Below are positions 1 through 11,515 of a DNA stretch of 64,000 bases, in pieces. Origin of the DNA: Camelus dromedarius. Lineage: Eukaryota. Each line of letters opens with the position of its first letter. Positions within the stretch are counted from its first letter, which is position 1. The DNA lies in contig NC_087436.1 in NCBI RefSeq assembly GCF_036321535.1, positions 80,974,001-81,038,000 on the forward strand, given 5' to 3'. Position numbers and translations under genes: made by a program. Below the pieces are notes generated by a model. It was not told where the DNA came from and ran no database searches. It was given only the letters and a program-made list of their open reading frames with translations.

Positions 1-459
1 TTGGCCCCGCTCAGTTGTTCCAGCCTCTTGTACTGTATATTCACACACAATCACTCTTTCTAACTTCTGGGACTCTTCTTTGCGCAACTGCTAGGATTTC
101 TCAAGTGCATGTGGCAACTCAGCCCAGCTTCGGGTGGAAACCGGCGGGGATCCGCAGGGTTGCCAAGGCCAGGGGGGCTGTCAAGGCTGCAGTGGGGACT
201 GGAGAGGATCGAGGCGCGAGCGGCGGTGGGGAAACACCCACAACTTTCCACCCCAGCCGCAACTCGTTGGGCCGCCTCGGATTTCCTCCAAAACCACAGC
301 TGCGGAGCAACCAAGTGCATGAGGTGCAACACTTCCCCTTGTTGTGGGAAGTAAGGAGACCTCCCTCCCCTCTTTTTTCTTTTCCTTTTCTTTCGGCTTG
401 TCTGGGCCTTTTTCTTCGGAGCAGCCGCCGCCCCCAGTCTCTCTTGCGCTCCGAGCAAG
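1..459 (+). other. Probable non-coding first exon (start unknown) ending at a 5' splice site
   Basis: Donor AAG|GTAGGT at 459/460 inside the CpG island, followed by G-rich sequence typical of an intron start. An alternative donor GAA|GTAAGG lies at 350/351. No convincing CDS. Confidence 0.6.
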
Positions 460-720
460 GTAGGTGACACCGCTGCGGGGGTGTGCGCCCAGGGGCCACC
501 ACCGGAGGGCTGGGAGGTGGCCTCGGCTGCGCGCGGGGGCTGCGGGCACAGCTGCCTGCACCAAGGGCAGGGGCTGCGGGGGGCGAGCAGGGATCGCTGG
601 AATCTCGCGCTGGTGCGGTGTGTGTGTGCGCGCGCGCGCGTACACGCGTGTGCAGATGATGGGAAACAATGCTCCTTTATTATTTTTAAATGGATAAAAA
701 CGGCGCAAGCTGGCAGTATG
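100..720. promoter_or_regulatory. CpG island / probable promoter of a + strand gene
   Basis: Dense unmutated CpGs and high GC (e.g. GGCGCGAGCGGCGG, GCGCGCGGGGGC, (CG)6) against an AT-rich, CpG-depleted remainder. The boundary is sharp near 720. Confidence 0.85.
618..654. repeat. Alternating purine-pyrimidine tract (GT)5 G (CG)6 TACACGCGTGTGCA
   Basis: 37 bp of uninterrupted RY alternation, read directly. Confidence 0.9.
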
Positions 721-1225
721 TGTTTCTGAGCTTAAAAATAGATGACTTTAATGAAAACTCTGTGCAGTTCAATTCCCTTACTATCCATCCTCCCCTTCCC
801 CTCTGCTTGTTTCCGCTAGTGTCTAATATTGTGAGCGTTTCCTAGATAACAGGCATACAGAGATATATTTTAATAATAAACATTTTCATTGCAAACAAAG
901 CGTTAGGGAATCTTTGGTGAATTTTAAGCCACCCAAAAGATTTGTTTAGATTTTTTAAGAAGTAACTTTTTGAGGAAGTATCCAAACTCTCTTGAGGATA
1001 AATATGTAATATGGTATCTTAAAAAAAAGTACTTCAGATTGCATACCTTTTATTAAGTCCCCAAATAGAAGGGGAGATACTATTACTCTGAGTTCCTTAG
1101 AGATGTTAGGTTTTCAATACTAGCCAGTAATAGGGAGCCCAGATTCCCTTGTAGTCTATGCCTATACTAATTCATTTAAAATATCATTTCCAAGCTATTT
1201 CTGCTTCCATCATAGTTTGTTACTC

Positions 1226-1640
1226 TTTTTTTTTAAACATAGCAAGACATCTTTATTTCATCTCTTTCTGAAATGAGGAAATAAATCAATCAAAATCAAA
1301 ATTGGGTATTTGAAATATAAAAGTTGTAAAGGATCTGCTTATCCATAAGTAAAACAATATGTGTTGCTGTGTCTACTAAGTAAGACAAATTAATTGAAAC
1401 CCAGGGATATTTACAGTAGAGTTAAGAGCTTTACTCAATTACTGAGAAGATGGACAGACAGATTAAATACAAACAATCTGTCCCCTGATTCTAATTAGAA
1501 CTCAAAACCAACCCTTAAGGGCAAGAATGGATGTTGCTATTAAGCTGGGCATCATAAAACATAAAATACACAGAATTAATATGTTAAGAAAAGCCAGAAA
1601 ACAAATATAAAGCCCACATCAGACTTGTTAAGATCTCACT
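1226..1640 (-). pseudogene. Candidate 5'-truncated retrocopy of a 3' UTR
   Basis: Minus strand has AATAAA (1252-1257) 17 nt before A9 (1226-1234). Flanking direct repeat CTCTTTTTT at 1223-1231 and 1641-1649; the right copy is followed by AA, matching the TTTT/AA L1 endonuclease site. Confidence 0.4.
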
Positions 1641-3354
1641 CTCTTTTTTAAATTTCTTAATACTTCTTCTCTGGGGATGTTTCAACCTCTAGGAGAGCCC
1701 ACTAATACAATTCCTTTTTTTGTCTTTCCTGAGTGCCTGACCTTCAGGTGGCAAGTCATGAAATCTGTTCTCTTTCGGACTATGACTGAGTTGTCAGAGA
1801 ATTCACCTTAGACATCTTGGAGGACCGATATATTGACAAAACCTTAAAATAAATAAAATCTCCCTACCACTCAGAGGAGGTATGTTCTTGGTGGAAAGAA
1901 CTTTAAGTGAGAATAAGGGAAAAACTGTGAACTTTTTCAGATCTGGAGGTTAGTTTGAGGTATGTGTAAGGAATACACAACTAGAATGATAAAAGTGGGG
2001 AGAATCTGTAATCTTTTTTACGTGTGAAAGGCTGTTGAAACCCAGTCAGTCCTTGACTTTCAACTGTGTTATTTGGTATTATTAATCTCAGGGGTTTGGG
2101 TTTGAGAGGAGAATGGTTTCTCAGCTGTGTTCTTGTGGGCTATATATACAGTGAATTTGAACCACTTTGAAAATACAAACCCGGCAGTAAGTGGGGGAAG
2201 AATTAAATTCTCAAGAAAAACATCACTGTAGAATGAATAACAATGCACCCGTTCTGACAAGAGTGCAGATTTAAGTGTAGAAGTGAAAAGTGTCCTAGGC
2301 TAAAATTCCCAGTGAAATCCTTTCAGGTTTTGCTTTGGGTAGTAGTGGCCAAAGCTCCGAATGTTTCCATCGTCATGGTTTTATTTACTGGGTGATCTTG
2401 GACTCTCCAGGGTGAAGGGCAGGGGTTAAGGGAAGTGGGGGTGGGGTGGGGCAGGAAGGGTGAGGAATGTGCAGCAGGTGGTAATGAGTGGTTTGAGTAT
2501 GTTTATTTTGCTGTCTTGGCTAAAGCCTAGCTGCTGTTTACCAACAGTGCCCTGAATCGTTTTGCTGTGACCTACTGGCCCATTGAAGCATGTTTTCTTT
2601 CTAGCCCCATTAGCGTCTGCGTTGGTTTCCCAGGACTGAAAGTAGGTGGTGCTGCTGCAAAGTCCAGGCCATGCATTTGGTTCCTGTTCTAAGTGTTTGC
2701 AGGGCTGTAGGACCATCTTAGTTACCTGTAGTTATTCTCCCGTGGTCTTTTCTGGCCAGTGTTGAAGAGTTCTTTTCCTACGAGCTGAGCTTATGTAATG
2801 CTGATTCCTTCTTCCTGCTATGTTTCAATTTTTGGTAAAGCTAAGTGAGTGCCTTGGAAAAATAAGAGGGGGGAGGTGGATGGAGCCTCAGCTTGGAGCC
2901 GAGTAATAGCCACCTAATTGGTCACACGAGGGTGTAGAGAAGCTTGATGATAACAAGAAGCTGAGGTATTCATTCCGCCCTGATCCCATTTTCCCGAGGA
3001 AAAACAGCAGAAGAGATTTAAAATAAAAAAAGATGCTTGTTTACAATTAAATTTGTAACTAAAGGAAAAGATGTCTCCCACATGGAGAAAGGTATTTCAA
3101 ATGAAAGTTGTAAATAGGCAACTTAGTCATGAAGTGAATACTCTTCGTGTTAAGAGTTGGAGCTTCATATTGAGTCTTGCCATGGTAACCCATCTGTCTT
3201 TGCTACATGAACTCACACTTTACAAGATTAGGATGGTCTCAGCAGCTAAGTAGAAGCACATTTGAAGGCAGAGGGATTATTCTGATGAAGAGACTAAGAC
3301 TGTTTGCTTTTCAGAGGTTACTCTGCGCATAAGCAGCGTCCCCACTCTACTGTG

Positions 3355-3895
3355 GCACTGCCACAATTAATCTTTATAAAGTGTAGATCTAATTTAATAA
3401 GTCCCTTGATCTAAAACCTTTGATGGATTCCAAAAATCTATAACATTAACTCTAAACGCTTTAGTACAGCGACTAAAAGCTCTTCAAAGCCCTTCCTTTC
3501 TAGCTTTGTCTTCCTACATAAGGGCCTCTCACTCTTCATACTTCTGATTTCTTGCTCCTGGATTTCATTCTTCTGGAATGCCCTCTGCCTGGAAAGCTCT
3601 TCTTGATTATTGGTGGTCCATTTCAAATGGAACTCCCTCTGGAAGACTTTCCCAGTTCCGTGCAGGAAGAATTAACTATTTCATCTTGTCTGCTTCCAGG
3701 TTGTTTTAAATATACTGTGAATAATTATTTTAATAATTGTTATGTGCTCCCCACAGTCAACTACAATGAGTTCTTTAATGGCTGTATTGGTGGTAGGGGA
3801 ACTACCTGTATCCTAGTGCCTAGCAGAGTGTCTAAAACGTAGTAGACACCTGTTTATGTTTCCTTAGTAAATGAGCAAGCAAAGTCATGAATGAG
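3355..3895 (+). mobile_element. L2 LINE 3' fragment
   Basis: Matches the L2 3' end: TTCTGGAATGCCCTC ... TCCTAGTGCCTAGCAGAGTGTCT...GTAGTAGACAC ... ATGAATGA. Confidence 0.65.
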
Positions 3896-4988
3896 TAAAA
3901 CAGTGGTAGACTCCAATTTATGCAGATAGTTATTTCCCCAAAGTCCACTTGAAAAATTTCCATTTGGACTCAGAGTTCATTTTCCAAAAGTCAATGCTAC
4001 CAAACAAAATTCACTTTCCAGACTGGCCCACGCAAGCCTATTTAACTCCTATAATAGATAAAATATTGTGCTTTTTCTATTCTAAAATAAAAAAAAAACC
4101 CACAAAAACAAAAAACTACTGTGGAACTATATTTTATTTTTGAAAGTGCAAAATACACTTGAGTTTAAAGATAACAGAAGCAGTTAGAATAGATATACAT
4201 CTTCCACAGTTATTTTAAATATTATACTATAAAATCTGTAACCTGCTAAATCCCAGTGGGAGGTCCTGGATTTAGCTGTGAGGACTAATGATGGAGTTAA
4301 ATTGGAGATTCTGTTGCCTGTGAAATGGGCAATAATCTTAATTAATAAAACCAAATAGAAATACCAATTATGGCTATTTAATAATTATCTTGAGTGCTAG
4401 TGCTTGAGGGAAATGAGATTTAATTAAAGGAGAACATGGAAGTGGATGGAGCGGAGGAAACTGAGAAGGGCACTTTCTTTCATTTTACTTATTCTTTATT
4501 ACATTGGTTTTATTTTCATCTCATTTGACCATTTAAGCTCAAAGTTCCTTCGTGAAAAAAAAATTGTCTTTGTCTACAGTTATTTCTGCTGCCTAACATA
4601 TAGAAGAGAGGTGGAGGTTACATTCCCTTTGAGCCAAAATACAAATGGGCTTATTTCATTTTCAGAGTGGTGATATTTTTGTCACTTGCATACCTGCTGT
4701 TTAGCATGTGGATAATTTTTCAATAAAGAATGCATAATACTTGTGTTTCAGGCACTATCCAGGGACCATATATAGTTCAAATTTCTCAAGCTGATCCTTA
4801 TATAGCATCTCTGTGAAGACTGGAAGAGCAACCATTGATATTTAAAAATAATAGTCTACTCAGCTTTCTAAATCTTCCATGCTCTCTATTTTTGTCGAAT
4901 TATATGACTGGAAATTTACCTATTGTAATCACATTACAACTTCTTTTTTTGTCACATTGTCTTCATTCATTACGCTTTAATATGATAC

Positions 4989-4989
4989 T

Positions 4990-5052
<63 letters not shown>
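4989..5052. repeat. (TTTA)16 microsatellite
   Basis: Perfect tetranucleotide repeat of 64 bp. Confidence 0.97.
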
Positions 5053-5059
<7 letters not shown>

Positions 5060-5929
5060 TGAGAGTCCATATAAAAGAGACAGGTTCCATGGAAAATATC
5101 TTGGTACTTTTTGTTATATATTTCAATATTCCTTATTTTAAGATCTCCATAAATTCATCTTTGCTTTTACTGCTTTTAAAAATGTGTCTCTTTGATGAAC
5201 TAGTGTTGCTTCTTTCCTGAGAAGAGGCTAGGATTAGCCTCTTTCACTTTATTGTATTTCTCATTTTAGCTTTCCACCCAAGAAACTCAGAACTAAATTT
5301 AATGCACAATTGTACCCTAGTCGAGGTTTTCTGGTGACGTGGTTTTCATCCTTTTAGCCTTACTTTAATGTGCTTAATGTACCCATACCTTTTAACTAAC
5401 TTAAAAATAAACTCAAATCCATTATGGAGATACACTGAATTACCTTCATTTCTTTAACTTTTTTAAAGACGTGTAGTTAAATATTTATAAAATTCTATTT
5501 TGTAGCTTCAGTTTAGTATTTCAGAGCCAATAATTTTTCCAGATTATTTTTTGTGATTCCTTGAAACATTCTCGGTTCTGATTTTATACTCCCTGATAAA
5601 TAAAATGGCCTTGTCCCAAATGTTACATTTCTTGAAAACCTTGGAAAGAAAATCATGTCTGATTAATTTTGAAAGTAGATACTTAAGCCAAACATGTGAG
5701 TGCTTTTCAATATATATACCATAAATGTATAGAAGAGTTCCCTCAAAGATATCTCTGAGAAACAGAAAACTTCCTTTTTTTGTACAAATGAAATCTATCA
5801 ATAAATCGAGGCTTTATGGAGCAGTTATTAGGGCTGTATTCTGTCCGTCAAATTGAGCCTTCAGAAAACAAAATAATTTTTCAAATTTCTCAAGCAGGGT
5901 AAACCTCTCATTTTGTCCTGAATTCTCAT

Positions 5930-6180
5930 GCTAATGAGTTAAGTACCTACTAAGTACCAAGCACTCCATGAGATTTTTAACATACACTACTTCTAATTTG
6001 AGAAATAGTTAGAAATAATCAGTAATTCTGTGGGTAAACTATATTATATCTAAGTCAGACATTACTATTCCCATTGTATGAGGATGTTTAGACTCAAAGG
6101 GATAAAACTTACTCAAGCTATTACAGTAAGTAAGGGGTATAGAGTTGATAATCAAAACCAGATCTGTCTGAATCCAAATA
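5930..6180 (-). mobile_element. MIR SINE
   Basis: Reverse-complement MIR core: TATTCCCATTGTATGAGG...ACTCAAAGGGATAAAACTTACTCAAG...AAACCAGATCTGTCTGAATCCAAA. Confidence 0.6.
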
Positions 6181-6917
6181 CCCCACTATTTCTAATATGT
6201 CACCTACTCAGTGCTTTTCTCTTCAGCTATTAATTTTAGAATGATAATCTGTGTTTCAGTGTGTTTGACATGTAACACAGACCCTGGTCTCAACAGGATC
6301 TCCAGAAGCTGGCCTCAGAGTTCTCCTGCAGGTCTTTTAGATGACACATTCTTATGCTGATGAGTTGGGGCCCCTGGGATGGCTTACCACTATCCAGGTT
6401 CTCTTTGAGAAAAGAAACTCCATCTCTCACAGGCCTGTAACTGAATCAACTGATAGTCATCGGCTTGGCTAGACTTTATTTTCTGGTGAGACAGGAACAA
6501 GAAAGGTATGGACCTCGCAGCTCCACTGATCTATCTCCATTGCTTAATTCCCAGACATGGGGACATTTTTTCCCTCTAGGGCAAGTAGTTTATTTGTGGA
6601 ATGATACCAGTAAACCCAGGTAAGGGATGAACTTCTTTTTTTAAGGCAAAAATTCTCATGTGTCAGTACTTTTAATGGTGCACGCATCAAATTATAGTAA
6701 AAAGATGACTGTAAAGATGCAGCCCTTCTATTTTCATGAACAGTGCACTGCGTTGCAGTAACTGATTTTATATCCACCACTGAGTATGCCCAGGAACAGT
6801 GTGAGCAACAGGTGGAGGTGGAGAGAGAAGGGGGCAGGTCTAAGTTTCGGGTGAGAGATCAAACTTGAAAAAGCCAAGTTATGTGTATGTGTATATATAT
6901 CTATTCCTCCCCCCCCC

Positions 6918-7235
6918 GAACCTCCATACTGTTTTCCGTAGAGACTGTACCAATTTACATTCCCACCAACGGTATAGGAGGGTCCCCTCTTCTCCATATT
7001 CTCGTAAACACTTATAATTGCTGTCTTTTTGATAATAGCCGTTCTGACAAGTGTGAGGTGATACCTCATTGTGGTTTTGATTTGCATTTCCCTGATGATT
7101 AGGGATGTTGAGCAACTTTTCATGTGCCTGTTGGTCATCTGTGTGTCTTTGGAAAAATGTCTATTCAAGTCTTCTGCCGATTTAAAAAAATTTTTTTTTA
7201 AATATTGAGTTGTATGAGCTCTTTATGTACCTGGA
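6918..7235 (-). mobile_element. LINE-1 ORF2 C-terminal fragment, inverted 5' arm of a twin-primed L1
   Basis: Minus-strand translation NRHFSK...[21 protein letters not shown] is L1 ORF2. Confidence 0.9.
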
Positions 7236-8178
7236 TATATATCTGAAGAAAACACAAATACTAATTTGAAAAGATATATGCACCCCAATGTTCATAGCAG
7301 CATTATTACAAAAGCCAAGATATGGAAGTAACCTAAGTGACCATCAACAGATGAATGGATAAAGAAGTTTTGGCATATATTTACAATGAAATAGTACTCA
7401 GCTATTAAAAAAAGAATGGAATTTTACCCTTTGCAACAACATGGATGGACCTGGAGGGAATTATGCTTACTGAGGTAAATCAGATAAAGAAAGGCAAATA
7501 CTGTATGTTTTCACTTGTATGTGGAATCTAAAAAAATAAAACGAATGAATATTACAAAACAGAAACAGACTCACAGATAGAGAAAAAACTATGGGTCACC
7601 AGTGAGGAGAGGGGAGGGAGAGTGGGAAGACAGGGAAAGAGGATTAAGAGGTACATACAAACTACTAATAAATAAGATGCAAGGATGTACACAAAATACA
7701 TTTAAAAAATAATTTGTTTGAAATTTAAGACAAAGAAGCAAATGTTTTTTCCTCACATCTAATTTGTTAACTGTGGGCTGGCTATCTGATAACTAATCAT
7801 CATTTTATCACAAAATACTTTTTAAGCATATTATGTTGTCTTCTTATTATTTTTACCAGAAAATACAGTCATGCTATTTGTAGTAGTCTTTATTTGTAAG
7901 TATTCCATACTAGGAATTTCAATTGAAATTTTCATCGGCTAAGCCTCCTATTAATCTGTATGTATTATTCATTTTCTACTTGAACACCAAACATCATAAA
8001 AAATTTAAAAATGAAAATTAATTAATTTTAAAAAGATGCAAGGATGTAATGTACAGCACAGTGAATATAGCCAATATTTTATAATAAATTTAAAGGAGTA
8101 TAATCTATAAAAATACCGAGTCACTATGTTGCGCACCTGAAACTAATTTGTAAATCAACTATACTTCAATTAAAAAAA
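7231..8178 (+). mobile_element. LINE-1 ORF2 end and 3' UTR (sense arm), interrupted at 7690-8032
   Basis: ATGCACCCCAATGTTCATAGCAGCATTA ... GATGAATGGATAAAGAAG ... ATGGATGGACCTGGAGG. The terminal ...GTAAATCAACTATACTTCAATTAAAAAAA is an L1 3' end. Confidence 0.9.
7690..8032 (+). other. 343-bp insertion of unknown origin with a 16-bp TSD and A-rich tail
   Basis: AAGATGCAAGGATGTA is duplicated at 7674-7689 and 8033-8048, and the L1 3' UTR resumes directly after the second copy. Confidence 0.8.
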
Positions 8179-9104
8179 AGAGGAGAAAAGGCTGAAATAC
8201 AGCAGGGAATGATTACTTCTTTGAGGGTAGCAACTGAGAAGGGAAGGAAAGTTGAATTAGTGGTGGCAGTACTCACTGGGCACACAGAAATGAAATGGGC
8301 AAAAGGGAAAGTAATTTCAAAGCCAGTCTTTCTCAAGAAGGGAGCATTTATCACAGGAATTGTTGGAGTGCATCTCACTCCTGTTTGTGAAGCTACCTAG
8401 AGAAAAAAAAATTATCCGAACTCCTTGAGATGTCATCTTTGATTGTTTTATTGTGCTGGGAATATCTGGTTTTAAAGTATCTTACATGGAGAAACTTCTA
8501 GCTAGAAAAGATGAGGTGGGGGAGTCAAAGGAGCCTGGTGTTATCTTGTTGCACCTAATTAATTGTGTAAACCTAGGATTCAGCCACATAAGTACCACTT
8601 TCAGAGTTCCATTTTAATTTCTGTATCCCATAATGGCTTAATTGTTATTGTGAGATGATCGAGTGCAACGTCATTGATTCTATACAGAGGCATCTGTGGG
8701 TGCACAGAAGCACTAACTTTCCCACGTTTGATTTGCTGGTTAAAGACTTCATATTTTCATAACAGCTCACACTGTCATCGTGGAGTAACTTTTCTGTGTC
8801 CAGGGGTTAGGCTCAAGTTGGCAGGTTCTGTGGGGGGGCTTCGTCCTCAGTGCCAAGAAACAGGTGGAGGTTACAAGGAATAATCTGGGTGAGGAGCTGT
8901 GAGAACTCCTGCACAGCAGATGGAGCTGCTGGAGGAGGATGGATGGGTGAAGGGGGAGAAGCAAGGTTGCAGCATAACAAGCGTCAGAAGGAAGGAATCA
9001 GGAGAAAACTCAAATCCAGACTCAGCATGGGACACTAGAAGCCCAGGGAAGGGAGGCAGTGCCTGATGTGGCAGTTAAGAATCAGCCTGTGTCTAGCAGT
9101 AGAT

Positions 9105-9305
9105 GACAATTATTGAAGGCTTACTATGTGCTAGTTGTGCCACGCTCTCATCATAGGTTGTCTCCTTCAATCCTCCGGCTCCCTCGTGAGTATGCACCAT
9201 CATTCTCTCTCTTTTATAGACGGGAAAGCTGAAACCTGAAGAGGCTTGGTATCTTACCAAAGTCACATAGCACTAAGTGGTAGATCTGGGATTCAAGACT
9301 GAAAT
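9105..9305 (-). mobile_element. MIR SINE
   Basis: TTATTGAAGGCTTACTATGTGCTAG...TTTTATAGACGGGAAAGCTGAAAC...CCAAAGTCACATAGC...CTGGGATTCAAG. Confidence 0.75.
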
Positions 9306-9344
9306 ACCTTACTTCGAGATATTTTGCCGTACTTTACCATTATA

Positions 9345-9585
9345 CTCTGGAATTACATCTATGTTCCAAGCTGGCTCTGCTATACCCAAGCCCTGTGACC
9401 TTGGGCAAGTTGCATTAATCTTCTTGAACCACAGATTTCCTTCCTGTGAATATGGGCATTTAGTAATACCTACTCTGTAGTGTTGTTATGGGTTTTTAAT
9501 TTATGATGTGCACAGTGCATTTAAAGAGCCTGGAAGGGTATCTGGTACCTAGTAAATATCAAAACAAGTCAATAGTTATTATTAA
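9345..9585 (+). mobile_element. MIR SINE
   Basis: GGCTCTGCTA...TGTGACCTTGGGCAAGTT...CTGTGAATATGGG...AATACCTAC...CTGGTACCTAGTAAAT. Confidence 0.8.
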
Positions 9586-9613
9586 ATTAAATGATGGACA
9601 TGGGGTTCCTGAG

Positions 9614-9937
9614 CGGTGCTTTTCAAACTGGAGGTCTTGATCCACCAGTGGTCATAAAATCAAATCAGTGGTTCATGACCAGTGTTTCTTTTTACATGAA
9701 AAGGAATAGAACAGGATGGAATGGAATAGGAAAAAAAAATCAGGGTTCATTATATATAGTAAAAGTAAGACTTGTTTCATGTTTTAATTTCCAGTTTTTT
9801 AATGTGTATGTGTGCACCTCACACACTGGGTAAAAGTGAAAAACGTACTTCTGATTATTGATAACTGTCAGAATAAAGTATAAATAAAGGTGATTTAAGG
9901 ACCATTACTTGTTCAAAAGAAGAGTTTGGAAATCATG
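9614..9937. mobile_element. hAT-Charlie type non-autonomous DNA transposon (family not assigned)
   Basis: Degenerate termini CGGTGCTTTTCAAAC / GTTTGGAAATCATG resemble hAT CAGTG..TCAAAC TIRs. Confidence 0.55.
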
Positions 9938-10974
9938 ATAAAATTAGGTAAGGATATATCTAAATTACTTAAGAGTGGTTAAAAATGTATGTAGTCTTGT
10001 ATTGACTAAAGACGTCAGTTCTCCACAAAATGCTGGTCTCTGTTGTGTGACTTTAGTTTTGTGTAGTCTTTTCTCCCATAATTTAAATGCTGCCTCTCAC
10101 AGTGCAGGTGGGTAAGTCCCACAGAAGTCAATTAAGAAGGACATTGAGTAGTTGGAGCCTGTGCTTTAGAACTACAAAATAAAAGCTTCATATTCTTTGT
10201 GAGTAGCCCCAAGCCCTGAATATCTAACTTGTGTTCAATTTGAAACATTTTAATGATAATAGTCCAGCTGCCTGAACAGCTGTAAAATTGGGAATTAAAT
10301 GAAGAACTCATAAAAAACTGAATTCAATATTTTACTAATTGATATATTTATTTTGAAAAGCATGTAGACAAGAGATTGGTAATCTAGTTAATGCAATATT
10401 AATATTGATAATAAACAAAAAATTCTTTTTGGTAAAAACAGAAGTCATAAATTTTTATCCTTGGGTATTTTTCCCCTTAATGAAAATAATAAATGTGCTT
10501 AAGATATTTGTTGACTCTGTGCCATTAAAGAGAGAGCACGTAATATTGCACTGGCCAGCCTTCGCTCATTATTATGTTTTACTGCTGTATTTGGTTTTTG
10601 GTTGGAGGGTATATTTACTTTAAGACTTAAAAGAATTCTGTTTGAACATACAGCATCCAGATTCACTAGACAAGATTTGAGAATACTCTTTTCCATTTTT
10701 TTTAAAAAAAGAATGTTACCTTGGATTTAAAAAAAAAAGCTTTTCAATAGGTACATATTAACTTTTCTAAAAGTAAGTTCTTAGTGGTGTCTGAAAGTAT
10801 TATTCAGGACAAAATCGTCAGGGAAAGTGAGTTTCAGGGGTAAGAAAGTCTACCTTCTGGCTCACCACAGTTGAAATTTTGTATTTAAACAGTAGCTTGA
10901 GAAATGTTTCACAAGATCCCTCTGTACTCTGCAATCTACAGTTGGAGGAGAGTGAAAAGGAAACGAGCTAGCAG

Positions 10975-11128
10975 AATGTGTGCTCTGATCCTGCTTTTGG
11001 ATTAATTAGCATCTGTGAACTCAGGCAAATAATTTCCTTTTTCTGGACTTTAGTCTCCTTATCTGTAAAATAAAGGTGTTGGAGTAAATACTTTCTAAGA
11101 TTGTTCCAGGTTTGAAAAAGTCTGTGTG
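10975..11128 (+). mobile_element. MIR3-like SINE
   Basis: Core CTTATCTGTAAAATAAAGG followed by a MIR3-type tail TTGGAGTAAATACTTTCTAAGATTGTTCCAG. Confidence 0.6.
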
Positions 11129-11290
11129 GCAAAGTGGTAGTGTGTTCCTTTTGAACAATTTTGATAAGGATGTGGCTATGTGTATGCATTGACAGGGCTC
11201 TGAAAACTGACTTTGTAGAAGAGTGGGCATCTAGACGTCTATAGATGACATGATAAAGTGTAGCTTGACCTTTCTGTGTTCCATATGGCT

Positions 11291-11515
11291 AGTTTTCATC
11301 AGCTGTGGGTTTGGGAGGATGGGTGATACCACTCACTAGGAGGCTTTTGAAAATGTGTGAGGGTATTTTTGGTCAAGACAATAATGAGGTGAAGCTACTG
11401 GCGTTCAGTGCCCAGGGGTCAAGAATGCCACGTGTCTTGTAATATGTGTGACAGTCCCTCACTGCAAAGAATTTTCCTTCCCCAAATGCCAAGAACATCC
11501 CCATTTCAAAACCAG
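11291..11515 (+). mobile_element. MER20-like hAT MITE
   Basis: TATTTTTGGT...GCTACTGGCGTTCAGTG...ACAGTCCCTCACTGCAAAGAATT...CCCAAATGCCAA parallels MER20. Confidence 0.55.

Noticed and set aside
15..729. Overlapping 60-175 aa ORFs on both strands of the CpG island
   Set aside because: Expected by-product of high GC content (few stop codons). They are Arg/Gly/Pro/Ala-rich, have no recognisable domain and run across splice donors.
1735..1756. CTCF-like motif CCTTCAGGTGGCA (similar at about 42833-42848)
   Set aside because: Only a partial match; cannot be distinguished from chance without PWM scoring or ChIP data.
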